IMG/VR virus record: IMGVR_UViG_3300030099_006646 | Span: 1 to 64,000 of that record | DNA from: a virus | Reading direction: 5' to 3' (one strand) | Length of the DNA stretch: 64,000 nucleotides | Shown here: piece after piece, positions 26,442-37,600 of the stretch | Layout: every line of letters begins with the position of its first letter | Position numbering within the stretch: the stretch's first letter is position 1 | Program-made: the position numbers and the translations under genes | The notes under the pieces: generated by a model | The model's input: the letters and a program-made list of their open reading frames with translations, nothing else | What the model was told of the DNA's origin: nothing | The model's database searches: none

Positions 26442-26860
26442 TACAAATATTTTTAACTTTATCGCTAGTCATAAACCTTATTCTTATGGCTTTTGTTGTG
26501 GGGCTTTTGCCCCTTTTGCTTTCTTTGGCTACTATTATTATAGTAACTCTTATATGGTATATTTTAAAGTTAAGAACAGAACTTTCCGATGTGTCTGAAG
26601 ATCTTGAAAAGTTTTTTAAGAAATTGGACGAATATGAAAAGCATGTAGACCAGCTACATGGCATGGAAATGTTCTATGGAGATCAAACTTTACAAGGATT
26701 GATCCGACATTCTCGTGAAATGATAAACGAGATTATTGACCTCCAAGAAAGATATTTCTTGGAAGAGGAAGAAAATTTTGACAGAGAAGAAAAAGAAGAA
26801 AACTCGCAAGAGGAAAAAGAATCTATACTTTACAGAAGTCCACCAGAAAGCGATAGTTGA
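26438..26860 (+). CDS. Membrane-anchored coiled-coil protein
   Basis: ~42-aa hydrophobic N-terminus, then acidic helix with FYGD.TL..L..H. Confidence 0.7.
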   Translation: MIQIFLTLSLVINLILMAFVVGLLPLLLSLATIIIVTLIWYILKLRTELSDVSEDLEKFFKKLDEYEKHVDQLHGMEMFYGDQTLQGLIRHSREMINEIIDLQERYFLEEEENFDREEKEENSQEEKESILYRSPPESDS

Positions 26861-27473
26861 GTACGCCTTAACAGATTGTCGCAAGATTAGGACAGATCTC
26901 TATATACAGTACATTGGTCCTGTTTTCGATGAGATGGTAGATAAGATTACTTATACCTATAAGTTTACTACACTACCAAACATTGAAGTTCTCAAGGACG
27001 AATGTAAGATCTGGCTTACAACCATTTTAGATAAGTTTGATCCAGAGAAAGGCTCTAAAGCCTTTTCTTACTTTAGTGTGATTACCAAGAACTGGTTTAT
27101 TCACAAGGTCAAAAAGAACTCAAAGAACCTTAAAAAAGAAGTTAGATATGATGATGTGGTGGGAGAAATAGAACAAAATTCTTTAGCTCATAGTGAATCT
27201 TATTTAGAGAAAAGAGAAAAATATGAGTTTTGGCAATCTCTAATGGGAGAACTTACCGTATGGGAAAAGCAAAATCTAAAAGAAAATGAAAGGAAAGTTC
27301 TAAACGCTATTATTGATTTATTTGATAATGTTGAAGATCTCGAAATTTTTAATAAAAAAGCTATTTATATGCATATAAGAGAACTAACAAATCTTAATAC
27401 AAAGCAGGTTGTTAACAACTTGAATAGATTAAGAGAAAAATATAGAAACTTTAAAAGAGAATATAATAAATAA
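26778..27473 (+). CDS. Phage late sigma factor (T4 gp55-like)
   Basis: YFT...AIVEY, KFDPEKGSKAFSYFSVITKNWFI (sigma region 2), FNKKAIY..IRE.T.L.TKQV; probable TTG start after GAGG. Confidence 0.72.
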   Translation: MTEKKKKKTRKRKKNLYFTEVHQKAIVEYALTDCRKIRTDLYIQYIGPVFDEMVDKITYTYKFTTLPNIEVLKDECKIWLTTILDKFDPEKGSKAFSYFSVITKNWFIHKVKKNSKNLKKEVRYDDVVGEIEQNSLAHSESYLEKREKYEFWQSLMGELTVWEKQNLKENERKVLNAIIDLFDNVEDLEIFNKKAIYMHIRELTNLNTKQVVNNLNRLREKYRNFKREYNK

Positions 27474-27490
27474 TTTATAGGAGCATATAA

Positions 27491-27787
27491 ATGGCAAAAG
27501 TTGATCTTGATGATTGTTTGGCATCTGCATTGGAAAATGTTGAAAACGATAGAGCACTGGCTTTAACTTTGTTAACTGACCTGATGAGTTATATTAATAA
27601 AGAAGATGCACGCCATAGAGAAGTTGGATTAACGGCAGCTAAATATCTTGAAACTTTACAAAGATCGAATGAACAACTTGTAAAAATATCCTCTCTACTG
27701 CACAAAAAAACTGATACTTCCGTAGGGTTGACTGACGACATCAAGGAAGATTTATACGCCCTCATACAAGAAGAAGAAGAGGGCTAA
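27491..27787 (+). CDS. Hypothetical helical protein
   Basis: AGGAG RBS; AKYLETLQRSNEQLVK. Confidence 0.75.
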   Translation: MAKVDLDDCLASALENVENDRALALTLLTDLMSYINKEDARHREVGLTAAKYLETLQRSNEQLVKISSLLHKKTDTSVGLTDDIKEDLYALIQEEEEG

Positions 27788-27790
27788 TGA

Positions 27791-30742
27791 ATGTCGAATT
27801 TTAAAGATTATCACAATGCGTCTTCTGGATTTGATCTTGTAGAGAAGATAGCAGCCAGTACGCTTACTCCTAATATTTCTGAAGGCAAAGGACCTTTTTT
27901 GGCAAAAGTCCTAAGAGTCACTCAGATTACTGGCGATGGAGGAGATCTTACTTGGGTCGATGAGCTGAAAAATAATTTTGCCATTGAAAATCCAAACGAT
28001 CCAAACCCTTTCGAGTCTTTGAATAGGGTAATGCTTTATGGAAGAATAACATCAAAGTACCTGCCTGGTCAACCAGATTATCACGCTCACATTCCCGAGC
28101 CGAAAAAATTAGGACCTCCTGGAGAAATACCAGTTGAAGATGAAGTTTATTTGGATCTACACGATGAGTTTGTCTCTATAAATGAAACTGCCGCCTCTCA
28201 AGTTCCAAAGGTGGGGGATTTTGTTTGGGTCGATTATCTAGATAAGAAAAATAGAGAAAAGCCTGTATATGTAGGTCCACTTAAAGGCGTCTTGGCGATA
28301 GCAGGACAACCACCTTGTGGAGCCGCGCCTTCTACACCCTCTTCTACATTTAATCAAGCTGCCCCAGCCGGTGGAACAGCTCCAGGTGGAGGAAATGCGG
28401 CTCTCTTAAAAGGTAAAGCTATCTCTACTCCCCCTCCAGGAGGCAAGTATGTATTGCATGGTTATAAATTAACCGACTTCACAAAACAACCAGGAAGATT
28501 TTTAAAAGAGCCGTACAAAACTCAGTTGCAAAGGCTTGTCGCTGGGGTTGAGGTTCTTCACTGGTATCTTGAAAGTCTTTATCCTAACAGAAAGATTAAA
28601 ATTTACGACCCAAAAGCAGCCACTACATGGGGTCACGCTGAAAAATCCTCTCATAAATGGGGCTCAGGTTTAGATTTCAAAGCCACCGTCGATGGTAAAA
28701 AAATAAGCAACACAAAGACCTGGGCTATATTAATAAAACTTATATCATCAGGCAAACTACCAGACGGTGGTGTCGGCTTTTATCAGACGAATACAGGTCC
28801 TAACAAAGGAAAATCTACTACATTTGGAACAAGTTTGCCACCATCAGGATGCCCTCACTGGGACCCAGAATATCCACAACCAGGAGAAACTAAACACCCC
28901 AAAACTGTCAATCCTAAAGGATACTCAAAAAGAAAATGGTATTGGGGACATAAGAATGACAAAAGAGTTGTTAAAAAATCTTCTACTGTACAGGCTTTAT
29001 TAAAGAGACCCATCGTTCCTCGCTATGCGATGCAAGCAGTCGCTGGATTACCAGCGCCAGATTCTAAAATGCCTACCTGGGAACAAACTATTCAAATGTT
29101 ACTTAACGTTGACAAACAAACAAAAGACAATAATCCCGCACCCAACGCCAAAGTTCCTCCTTCAAAAAATACTCCTGCGTCTGTTACAAAAGGCGAAAAG
29201 CCTGAAGATAAGAAAAAGAAAGAAGAAGAAAAACCAACCACAGGTTCTGAACCTAAAAAAGAAGAGAAAAAGAAAGAGGAAATAAAAGACAAGAAAAAGA
29301 AAACAGATGCAGAGCAAGCAAAAAAAAATATCGAGAATGCAACGAAGGCGATTAACAATACTTTAAAAAAACAAGAAGAAAACAAAAAAGCTCAATCTAC
29401 AAGCCCCACCGCCGCCGCAGGACAGGCAGCAGCCGCCATAGCCGTTCAGCAAGCAACAAATTGTGCCCCAGGTCAAACCACTGGAGGTGGCACAGGCACC
29501 GGAGCCCTCGGCGGCGGACCTCCCCAAACTGGTGTTGTTAATCAAGGAACAAAAATCAAACTCCCTACAAAAGGAAAACCAAAAGCCCTTTATTCAAATG
29601 AAAATGTATCAACAGATGTATATCCCGCAGGAAAAGAAAAGAATTACACACTTCAGCACGTAAAAATGTTTGTGTTTCACGAAACCGCTGGTCACGGAAC
29701 ATCCTATAGCAATGCTGCTTCAAGAGCATCAAAGATTAAAAAAGGAAAAATGTACGCGGTAACGGACGACAACGGCAATATCACAGGTCACAAGCCCTAT
29801 ACAAACATAAAACAAGTACACTTTTGGGGAGGACGCGCTGGAGATACTGCTTTGACGACTCCATTAAATAAACTATGCGGTCATGCAAACTGGTGTAACT
29901 ATATTTCTGTTGGCATTGAGGTTATTAACATGTCCAATGTAAAAGTAAAACCAGGACGCATAGGGGATAACATCACCGAAGGATATAAGTATCTTCATCC
30001 TCTAGGCAATGTTGGAGGAACAGCACAATCTTCAGGCAAAGGAAATGGAGTTCTAAAACATGGAACAGCTATTTTCGGTAAAAATAGATTATATATGTTG
30101 CCTAGTGAAAGACAGTGCAGGATGTGTTGGGATTTGATTGTATGGCTCGCAGGTCCAAATAGACCTCATAAAAATGTAATAAATATCCCAATTCTTTTTC
30201 CGGCAACAGCAAATCATAGTAAACTATCAACCGGCTTTAAAAGTTCAGTAGGCGGCGGCTCACCAGTATTTATATGGGGAAGATTTAATCCTATGGTCGA
30301 AGGTTTTAAAACCAAGCCTCCAAAGACGTCTTGGAAAAAGTTCTGGAGAACTGGACTTCCAAGCGGCAGAAGATTCAAACCCAAGCAACACTGGCAACAA
30401 GGACTTGTGGCTCATCATCGCTGGCATCATTCTGATGGAGTATTCCAGGAGTTTTATTGCTTAGGAAGGGCTCTTGGAATGTCTTCTAAGCAGGCGTACT
30501 ATGCTGCTATTGGAGGTTTAGCTGCAACTAACAAAAAGAATAATCCAAAGTTAAACGCCGGTAGAAATAATTTTACACACTTTCCAGATCAGAAAATGGT
30601 AAACTATGGCAAGAAAATATGGGGCTCAAACGGTCCCTTAAATTGGCCACAAAAACATGCTAGCCTTGTAACTGGCAAAAAGAAATACGGAAAAAGAGAT
30701 GTTGCGAACAACAAGACAAAGTTTACAAAGCCTTTGGCGTAG
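27791..30742 (+). CDS. Baseplate hub/tail lysin: gp5-like OB region + M15 peptidase + K/E linker + amidase_2
   Basis: PKVGDFVWVDY; SSHKWGSGLD..GGVGFY..PHWD; VFHETAG..GHAN..NYISVGIEVIN..AHH..D. Confidence 0.72.
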   Translation: MSNFKDYHNASSGFDLVEKIAASTLTPNISEGKGPFLAKVLRVTQITGDGGDLTWVDELKNNFAIENPNDPNPFESLNRVMLYGRITSKYLPGQPDYHAHIPEPKKLGPPGEIPVEDEVYLDLHDEFVSINETAASQVPKVGDFVWVDYLDKKNREKPVYVGPLKGVLAIAGQPPCGAAPSTPSSTFNQAAPAGGTAPGGGNAALLKGKAISTPPPGGKYVLHGYKLTDFTKQPGRFLKEPYKTQLQRLVAGVEVLHWYLESLYPNRKIKIYDPKAATTWGHAEKSSHKWGSGLDFKATVDGKKISNTKTWAILIKLISSGKLPDGGVGFYQTNTGPNKGKSTTFGTSLPPSGCPHWDPEYPQPGETKHPKTVNPKGYSKRKWYWGHKNDKRVVKKSSTVQALLKRPIVPRYAMQAVAGLPAPDSKMPTWEQTIQMLLNVDKQTKDNNPAPNAKVPPSKNTPASVTKGEKPEDKKKKEEEKPTTGSEPKKEEKKKEEIKDKKKKTDAEQAKKNIENATKAINNTLKKQEENKKAQSTSPTAAAGQAAAAIAVQQATNCAPGQTTGGGTGTGALGGGPPQTGVVNQGTKIKLPTKGKPKALYSNENVSTDVYPAGKEKNYTLQHVKMFVFHETAGHGTSYSNAASRASKIKKGKMYAVTDDNGNITGHKPYTNIKQVHFWGGRAGDTALTTPLNKLCGHANWCNYISVGIEVINMSNVKVKPGRIGDNITEGYKYLHPLGNVGGTAQSSGKGNGVLKHGTAIFGKNRLYMLPSERQCRMCWDLIVWLAGPNRPHKNVINIPILFPATANHSKLSTGFKSSVGGGSPVFIWGRFNPMVEGFKTKPPKTSWKKFWRTGLPSGRRFKPKQHWQQGLVAHHRWHHSDGVFQEFYCLGRALGMSSKQAYYAAIGGLAATNKKNNPKLNAGRNNFTHFPDQKMVNYGKKIWGSNGPLNWPQKHASLVTGKKKYGKRDVANNKTKFTKPLA

Positions 30743-30754
30743 AAGGAAAAAACA

Positions 30755-31681
30755 ATGGTTTACATAAAAAATAATCCTTTAGATGGAAAAAACCCTTCAG
30801 AAAAGGAAAAATTTGAAAACCGAGATTTGGGTGCAGTAACTGCAAATTTAGGCGTCGGAGGCGAAGATTTATTTGAATCTATTCCTAAATATAACCAAGC
30901 CACCTGCGAGAAAGTCATTCAGGGAAAATCAGATTCTTATATTGTCTTAGGCAGAGACAGAGTAGGAAGCCTGCTACAAGGTAGAGGTATGAAGGGTGAA
31001 GCAAAAGCAGCTTCAATTGATATAGTAGTAGGAAGATATTCTGGAGCGATTCCAGAGACAGACGGCAATGGCAACTTTCGACTTTTAGATCCAAGCTTTG
31101 AGAAAGACGCAGCTAGAATATATGTTTCGCAAAAAACTGACATTGATAAAAGCTTTAATATCGCAACTGGCAAAGTTGGAAACTTTGAAAACAGATCAGG
31201 TATTGCTATGAAAGCTGATGGAATTAGATTATTATCTAGAGAAGGTATTAAATTTGTAACAAATGTAGGCACCACTAACTCCAAAGGCATAGAACCAACT
31301 CGTGTAGGTATAGACCTTATAGCGCTAAACGACGATTCAGATATGCAACCAATACCAAAAGGCGAAAACTTGGTATCTGCTTTTAATAAATTAACAAAAC
31401 ATGTTTCCGATTTAAACAAGCTTGTTGCCGGGTTTTTATTGTATCAAAATAAAATAAACCTAGCTGTAGCAGAGCACGTTCATGTAAGTCCTTTTGCGGG
31501 GTTAATAACGTCTCCGTCAGAAAGTTTAATAACAAAGATACCCGATAATATGAAAGATCTACAAAGCAATATTGATAGATCATTAAGTGTGAATAGAAAA
31601 GAACTGCAAACGTTTAAGCTTAATTTCTTAACAAAAGGGCAGAAAAAGTACATAAATAGTAAATATAATCATACGAACTAG
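30755..31681 (+). CDS. Baseplate central spike-like protein
   Basis: IVLGRDR, IDIVVGR, DAARIYVSQKTDID, KADGIRLLSREGIK beta repeats, QPIPKGENL, HVH tip motif. Confidence 0.55.
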   Translation: MVYIKNNPLDGKNPSEKEKFENRDLGAVTANLGVGGEDLFESIPKYNQATCEKVIQGKSDSYIVLGRDRVGSLLQGRGMKGEAKAASIDIVVGRYSGAIPETDGNGNFRLLDPSFEKDAARIYVSQKTDIDKSFNIATGKVGNFENRSGIAMKADGIRLLSREGIKFVTNVGTTNSKGIEPTRVGIDLIALNDDSDMQPIPKGENLVSAFNKLTKHVSDLNKLVAGFLLYQNKINLAVAEHVHVSPFAGLITSPSESLITKIPDNMKDLQSNIDRSLSVNRKELQTFKLNFLTKGQKKYINSKYNHTN

Positions 31682-31698
31682 AACTTGGAAAAAACAAA

Positions 31699-34600
31699 AT
31701 GGCAACATCCGAAAAAGATAAAATTTTAGAAGAAACAGATTTATTTAAAAATAGACCTGAGTTAACGTTCGACGCTAATAAAGAAAATTATTTTGTTTTT
31801 AACATGGCGGACATAGACAATACGGGCGGTCTTGTTGATGCTTATGATGATTTTGCAGACTTTTACGGGAATAGTAAAAGAACCATACGCTTCAAAGGAA
31901 GAAGGATGCTCAAAAAGCAACTTAAAATGCTTCCTTTTACCTTGGTTAAGACAGATAATATAGAATTTACAATATCAGATAAAAAAGGAAGAGAAAAGAT
32001 AGTTGTATTAGTCAAGGTTGTTGATAACGATCCTGTATTTTCTAAAAAAGATATCTCTGATAATCCTAAACCAGCAGACTTACCTGTACTTGATGCCTCA
32101 TACTATATTGAAAAAAGATTCTTACATCCGGTAGACCCTGAAAGAACAGACCCTCCGCAAGCCAAAGTTGTTATTGAGGCTTCCACTGGCAAGAAGAAAA
32201 AAGTAGAAGATTGGTATAAACAACCAACAGACACTATTCTAGAAACTGATGATACATTTTATGTAATCAAAGAAACTGTTAAGCAATCTTGGAAAGATGA
32301 TGTAGAACAAAGAGCAGTTTACCTTGGAACTAAAGAAGCTGCATTAGAGTTCTTTATAAAGCACTATGAGATTGAAGCCTCAAAAGAGCGCGTAGCAGAA
32401 ATGCTATATAAATCTGAAGACGCTGGAATATATGTACCTCAAAGACCAAAAGCAAAATGCAAGATGCTTGTGGGAATACCTAAGCAATTATTAACTGCTG
32501 ACGATATAATAAAAGATTTATCTAATGTAGATGTTACACATACCTTAGAAAGCCCATCACTTGGTGATTTAAGAAAAAATGTGAAAAAAATTGCGAAGTA
32601 TATGAGAGGAATTTCTAGAGAAATAAGGAAGCAAAATATAGATTTAAATGCACTTAAAGAGTCAAATAACTTTATGGCACTGTCCTTGTTTGTTATTCAA
32701 ATGTTTGAAACAAACAAAACATACCCAACGAGAGAAGATGAGCAAATAAAGATTTTCTTTGGAGGAGAAGGTCCTAGTGTTGTCGGCTTGCAAGCGTATC
32801 CAAAAGACGTCGAGGATCATCTTTTTCCATCGGACGGCGAACTTACTCCTGAAGAAAAAGCTGAGTTATCTAAGCCAGTTGATATTAAGCTTGTAAAAAG
32901 CTTTACAACTAATGTGGTTTTTGAGTGGAAAAGGTCGATGTTTTATCTCATTAATTCTGACTTAATGGCTAAAGAAATAGAAAAAACAGACCCCAAAAGT
33001 AGCAAGTGGTATGAGATCATATCAAAATATACATTCGATATGCCAGAATACAAACCATCTTCAAAAAAAACGAAAGATGAAGCTAGTGAACCTAAGAAAG
33101 TAAAAGAAGAACTAGAGACTGCCGAGGAAGAATTTTCTCACGGAATGACCCATTCAGAAAAGGAGGCGGCTCTGTCGGTAATTGGACCTGCTCTAAAGCA
33201 ATCTGTTGGAAACATACAAAGAACAATGTTTGAAAAAATAGAAGACCCTACAATAAAAAGGATTCTCAACAACATTGAGCAAATAAACTCTATTGAGTCT
33301 TTATATGGAGCCGTCCTAGATAAAATACCTACAGAAAAACTTTTACGAATGGCATCAAACGCTGTAACCTCTAAGATTCCAAAAGATGTTTTTTTAAATG
33401 GACCTATTGAAACCGTAAATAATATTGAATCAATGAACTTCTCAGCAAATAGTGCAAAAGACGCTTTACTGGGAACCGGTCTTGTAGATCAAGGTTTTCT
33501 TGGCAAAGCTTTTGATTTTTCTGATAAGATCAACGAAGGTATGTCTTTTGATTTTTCCAGCGGTGGAGACGAAATATTTGATGTCACAGAAGGAAAGGAC
33601 GAGGAAATATTTGCTTTAGTGAAGGACGTGGTTACTTCTACCGTTGTTGAGCATGTTAAAACAATACTTAGAACAATAAAGAACAATTTTTTTAATGAAT
33701 CAGAGATGGAAAAAATAAAGAAGATTGGCTCTTTTAATCTAAAAGAAAACCTAAAAAGTAACTCCTTAGCTTCTGTTAAAAATAATATAAATTCTTTATC
33801 TGGAGCTTTACTAGAGAACAAAGATGTCTCTAATATTTTGGATATTATTTCCAGTTTAGCTACTCCTCTTGAGATACTGGCTATCTTTGAAGGAAGAGGT
33901 GATCTAGATGTCATTGACATCATATGTACAGAAATATCAGAGCAATATCCATTGTTAGCAGCCAGACTTATCTCGATATACCAAAAAGAGGATTTCTTGA
34001 TGATCATGGGAAAAGATATTCTTGAAGAGGTTACTACGCTTATTGGCGAAGAAAGCATTAGACAAAAGAGGGAGGATCCTCCAAGTTTAGATTTTTGTGG
34101 AGATGATGATGCAGAAGATTTTATAGATCATTTAACAGGAAGATTTCCAGAAGAATTTTTGAAAGAACAGGAGGAAGTTAGAAAACAAAGCGCCCAGGAG
34201 CTTAAAAACTTAATAGATGATATTAGTACTGCATTAGAAAACGGCGATATAGAAGATTTTCTATTCGGAGGAAAGATAAAAGAGCTGCTAAATTCTATAG
34301 TTGAAGACAATAGAAGCTCTGACGTAATGTTAGACATGGTTGTAAGGGCATATTTTGGACCAATTCAAGCAATATACGCTTTGGAAGCCTTAACTCCTGG
34401 AGATATTTTTATGAGAGAGAGTATCGTCGAGGATACTGATAAAAAGGCGCAGTTACCAATGGAGATTCAGGTACAAATAAACAGGTTACTAGCAGTTGGT
34501 CAAGAAGATACAGCAAAAAAAATAAAGAAAAAAGCCGCCGATGGCAAAAAGAAGATCGCTATTAGCTTAAAAAATAACGTAAAAGAGCTTTATGAAAACT

Positions 34601-37600
34601 TTTTTAATGGACCTGCTGGAATTGAAAAAGAAGACTCTTATAGGATAGGACTTGGCAATAAAAATATGACTATATCTTTTTCGAATATGAAGTCATATGA
34701 TTCAAAATCCGATCCCTTAACAGGGTCGTTAGAAGAGCCAATATATAAATGGGACACAGATCCGCCGACCCCAGACTTTGCAACTTTTTCTGTAAAAGCG
34801 ATGTTAAACAATAAAATGGCTATCAATTCTGCAAAAGAAATAAAACTAAAAGAAACCATAATGCACAAAAAAGGATATTTGAATGTAGAAAACATAGACA
34901 TGTCTCCTCGCAAAGCAGGGTTTTTATCTTTCGTGAAAGAAATAATAGAAGAATCGATGCCTTCAAACCTGTACACGCCCACCACACTTCAAAAAGCTTT
35001 AGATGATTTAAAGCACCCTCTGTTTGACTATTCAACGAAACAATATATTAATTTTCTAGCCAGAGAAGCATCTAAGTCTCCATTTTTCAAAATACCAGTT
35101 TTAAAAAAGCTAAAGTTTACTCCAACCGATGGAGATACTAGAGTACCTCCTCTTGCTTGCGACCAGCTTGAAACAGAAGAAGCTGCGAAGGTACAAACAA
35201 ATCAAGACGATCTTATAGAGGAAATAATATTACTAGAAGATATAGAATACAGATTTAGCGAAAGAAGGAAATATTTTTCTTCTCTACAAAGAGAGCGAGG
35301 TCAAAAAATATACAACAGAACAGATATTGAAAATGCAATGTTAATGGAAATTACTGAAAGCTTTTTTAAGGTTCTTGCTTTAGAGTTTTTAATATCGGGA
35401 GTGTTTATTTTTTCAGAAATAAAGATCGAGTCCTTGATAGAAGATAAAAATAACTTTAAGATTATGCAAGATATTATGTTCTTTACTATGCAAAGATTAG
35501 GAGATGAGTTCAGAAATAAATTTTCAGAATATCTCGAACAATATATAGAGTTAAAAAAGGACATGTTAGATGAAGACTCTCTAGTTGGAGAGGAAAACTC
35601 TGAACAGAATTTAGATGATCTTTACAATATAAATAAATCAGATAAGAGCGCTATTATAAACTACATATTCAAAGAACAACTTTCTAACGTATTTGGACCT
35701 TTCCAAAAGTCGGTACAACTTTTATCAGACAAACAAAATCTTGAGATAAATGAGTTTTTAGATATTATCCCTAACCTTGATATTGCCGAAAGCTCAATAA
35801 CCCCTCCAGGCAAGGGCAGATTTACTGCACAGTTGCTGTCGAGCGACCCGTTATCGCTAGTAAGAAAAGTAGGCGGCTTTATTTTAGAAAAATACATTAG
35901 AGTAGATTACCAGCCTACTAAACAAAATCCAAAACTAACAGATTTTCTTTTTGGAAGAAGTAATGTTTTAAAAATACCATCTCAAGATTTAGATGGTAAC
36001 TTTATGTGGCTAATAGGCGGAACTGAACAGCAAGTAGAAACCGATTTAACTAATAAATATTTTAATAGATCGGCAGATAAAATCTGGGCAGAAGCAAACA
36101 AAAATCTTTATAATAACAAGTATAATTTGTATAAGAAAAGAGTTGGAGGCATGTGGAAAGTTCTTTCAAAAAGCGAAATATTCAATATTATAAAAACACA
36201 GTATAGCGCTAAGGGCACAGAATTTGGAGCGACACTTCCTGATTATGAAGAGTTTCTAGGCGAACTGCAAGAAATTAACTACACCCCAGAAGCTGAAAAC
36301 GTTGCTTATGAATATCCAAACTATCTTGGAGCTGTCAAGCTGTCTGCATTTGAAGAAATGCAAGACTTTGTAAGAAAAGATATAAATGCAGAACTTACAA
36401 AAAAACTAGAATCAAGTATTGAAAAATACGAAACCTTAGCAAATTCTACTTATATATTCAACACTCTTAACGAAGAAGTGTTAGATTTAAAAACAGTGTG
36501 GAACGCAGAATATAATATTTTAACAAACAAACTTGACGTATATATTGAGAAAAATATTGCTCCGTATTCTACCACAATGCTATTCCCACAAATTCCTGGG
36601 ATATCGCCTTTACCTCCAATTACAGATGAACCTTTCTTCAAATGGAAGGAATCTGAAACTAAACTAAAGGAAATGTTCTCACCCAGCCCGGATAAGCTTT
36701 ACGGAGTTCTTAGCGGAGCACTACAACTAGCTAAAAAAGATATTATTGATGATCTTTATCCAAAGATGATTGAACGACGTGATAATCTGGATAAACTATT
36801 AAACGATTATAAAAAAGGGAAAATAAAGGTACAGATTGACGATGAAGATATATCTACTATTTACGAACATTTTTCAGAACTCGACAAAAGAATAAAGACT
36901 TTAAAAGAATTAGATATTGTTAAAAATTTCGATGAACTAGACACTATAACTGATAAACTTGAGGAAAAAATCAACGAACTGGAAGACTTTTTAGATGAAT
37001 ATGCATATGACACCGATCCAAAAGAATTTTTCCTCTCCCAACTCGCCGCCGCTGAAGAAGCTCAACAAAAAGCTTTTGGCGATTACAATACATTCGGAGT
37101 AGCTGGCTCACATACAGAAATGTTCAAGCCTTTAAAATATGGAATTAGATTGAGCTATGTATATCCAGGAACTGTCGGCGCACCACCTCCGAGCATAGAA
37201 AATATTAGAAAAAATATTAGGAAAGTGGTAGGAGATCCAAGAAATTGGTACAATCGCGATGAAAAGTATCTAAACACACAAGAGATTTACTGGAAAGATA
37301 AAGAAAAACAATCTGTTGATAATGTTGAAATTTACTCATTACCTTTGCTAGAGATTGAAGACAAGGTAGAAAATTATTTTGAGACACTCCCTCCAAAGCC
37401 ATCTGAGGGCAGATTCGATAAAGAACCTGAAAAGAATAGCTCAATTCCATTAATACAAGAAGAAATCGTACAAAGATTTCCATTAGATTCTTTAAAGAAG
37501 AAGATGATTAATAGCGAAACGTACAATATGATAATGTCAGAGATGTACAGCTACGGAGATTTCGTTACAGCTCTTGGTGCATACTCTTCACTACATTCTC

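Noticed and set aside
29200-29390. A-rich AAAGAA tract as a DNA repeat
   Set aside because: Low-complexity Lys/Glu linker coding, with no regular repeat unit
31653-31660. Antisense copy of the promoter motif (TAAATAGT), and other in-gene CTATTTA copies (36857, 51733, 52889)
   Set aside because: Such 7-mers are expected many times by chance in AT-rich coding DNA; this one encodes YINS
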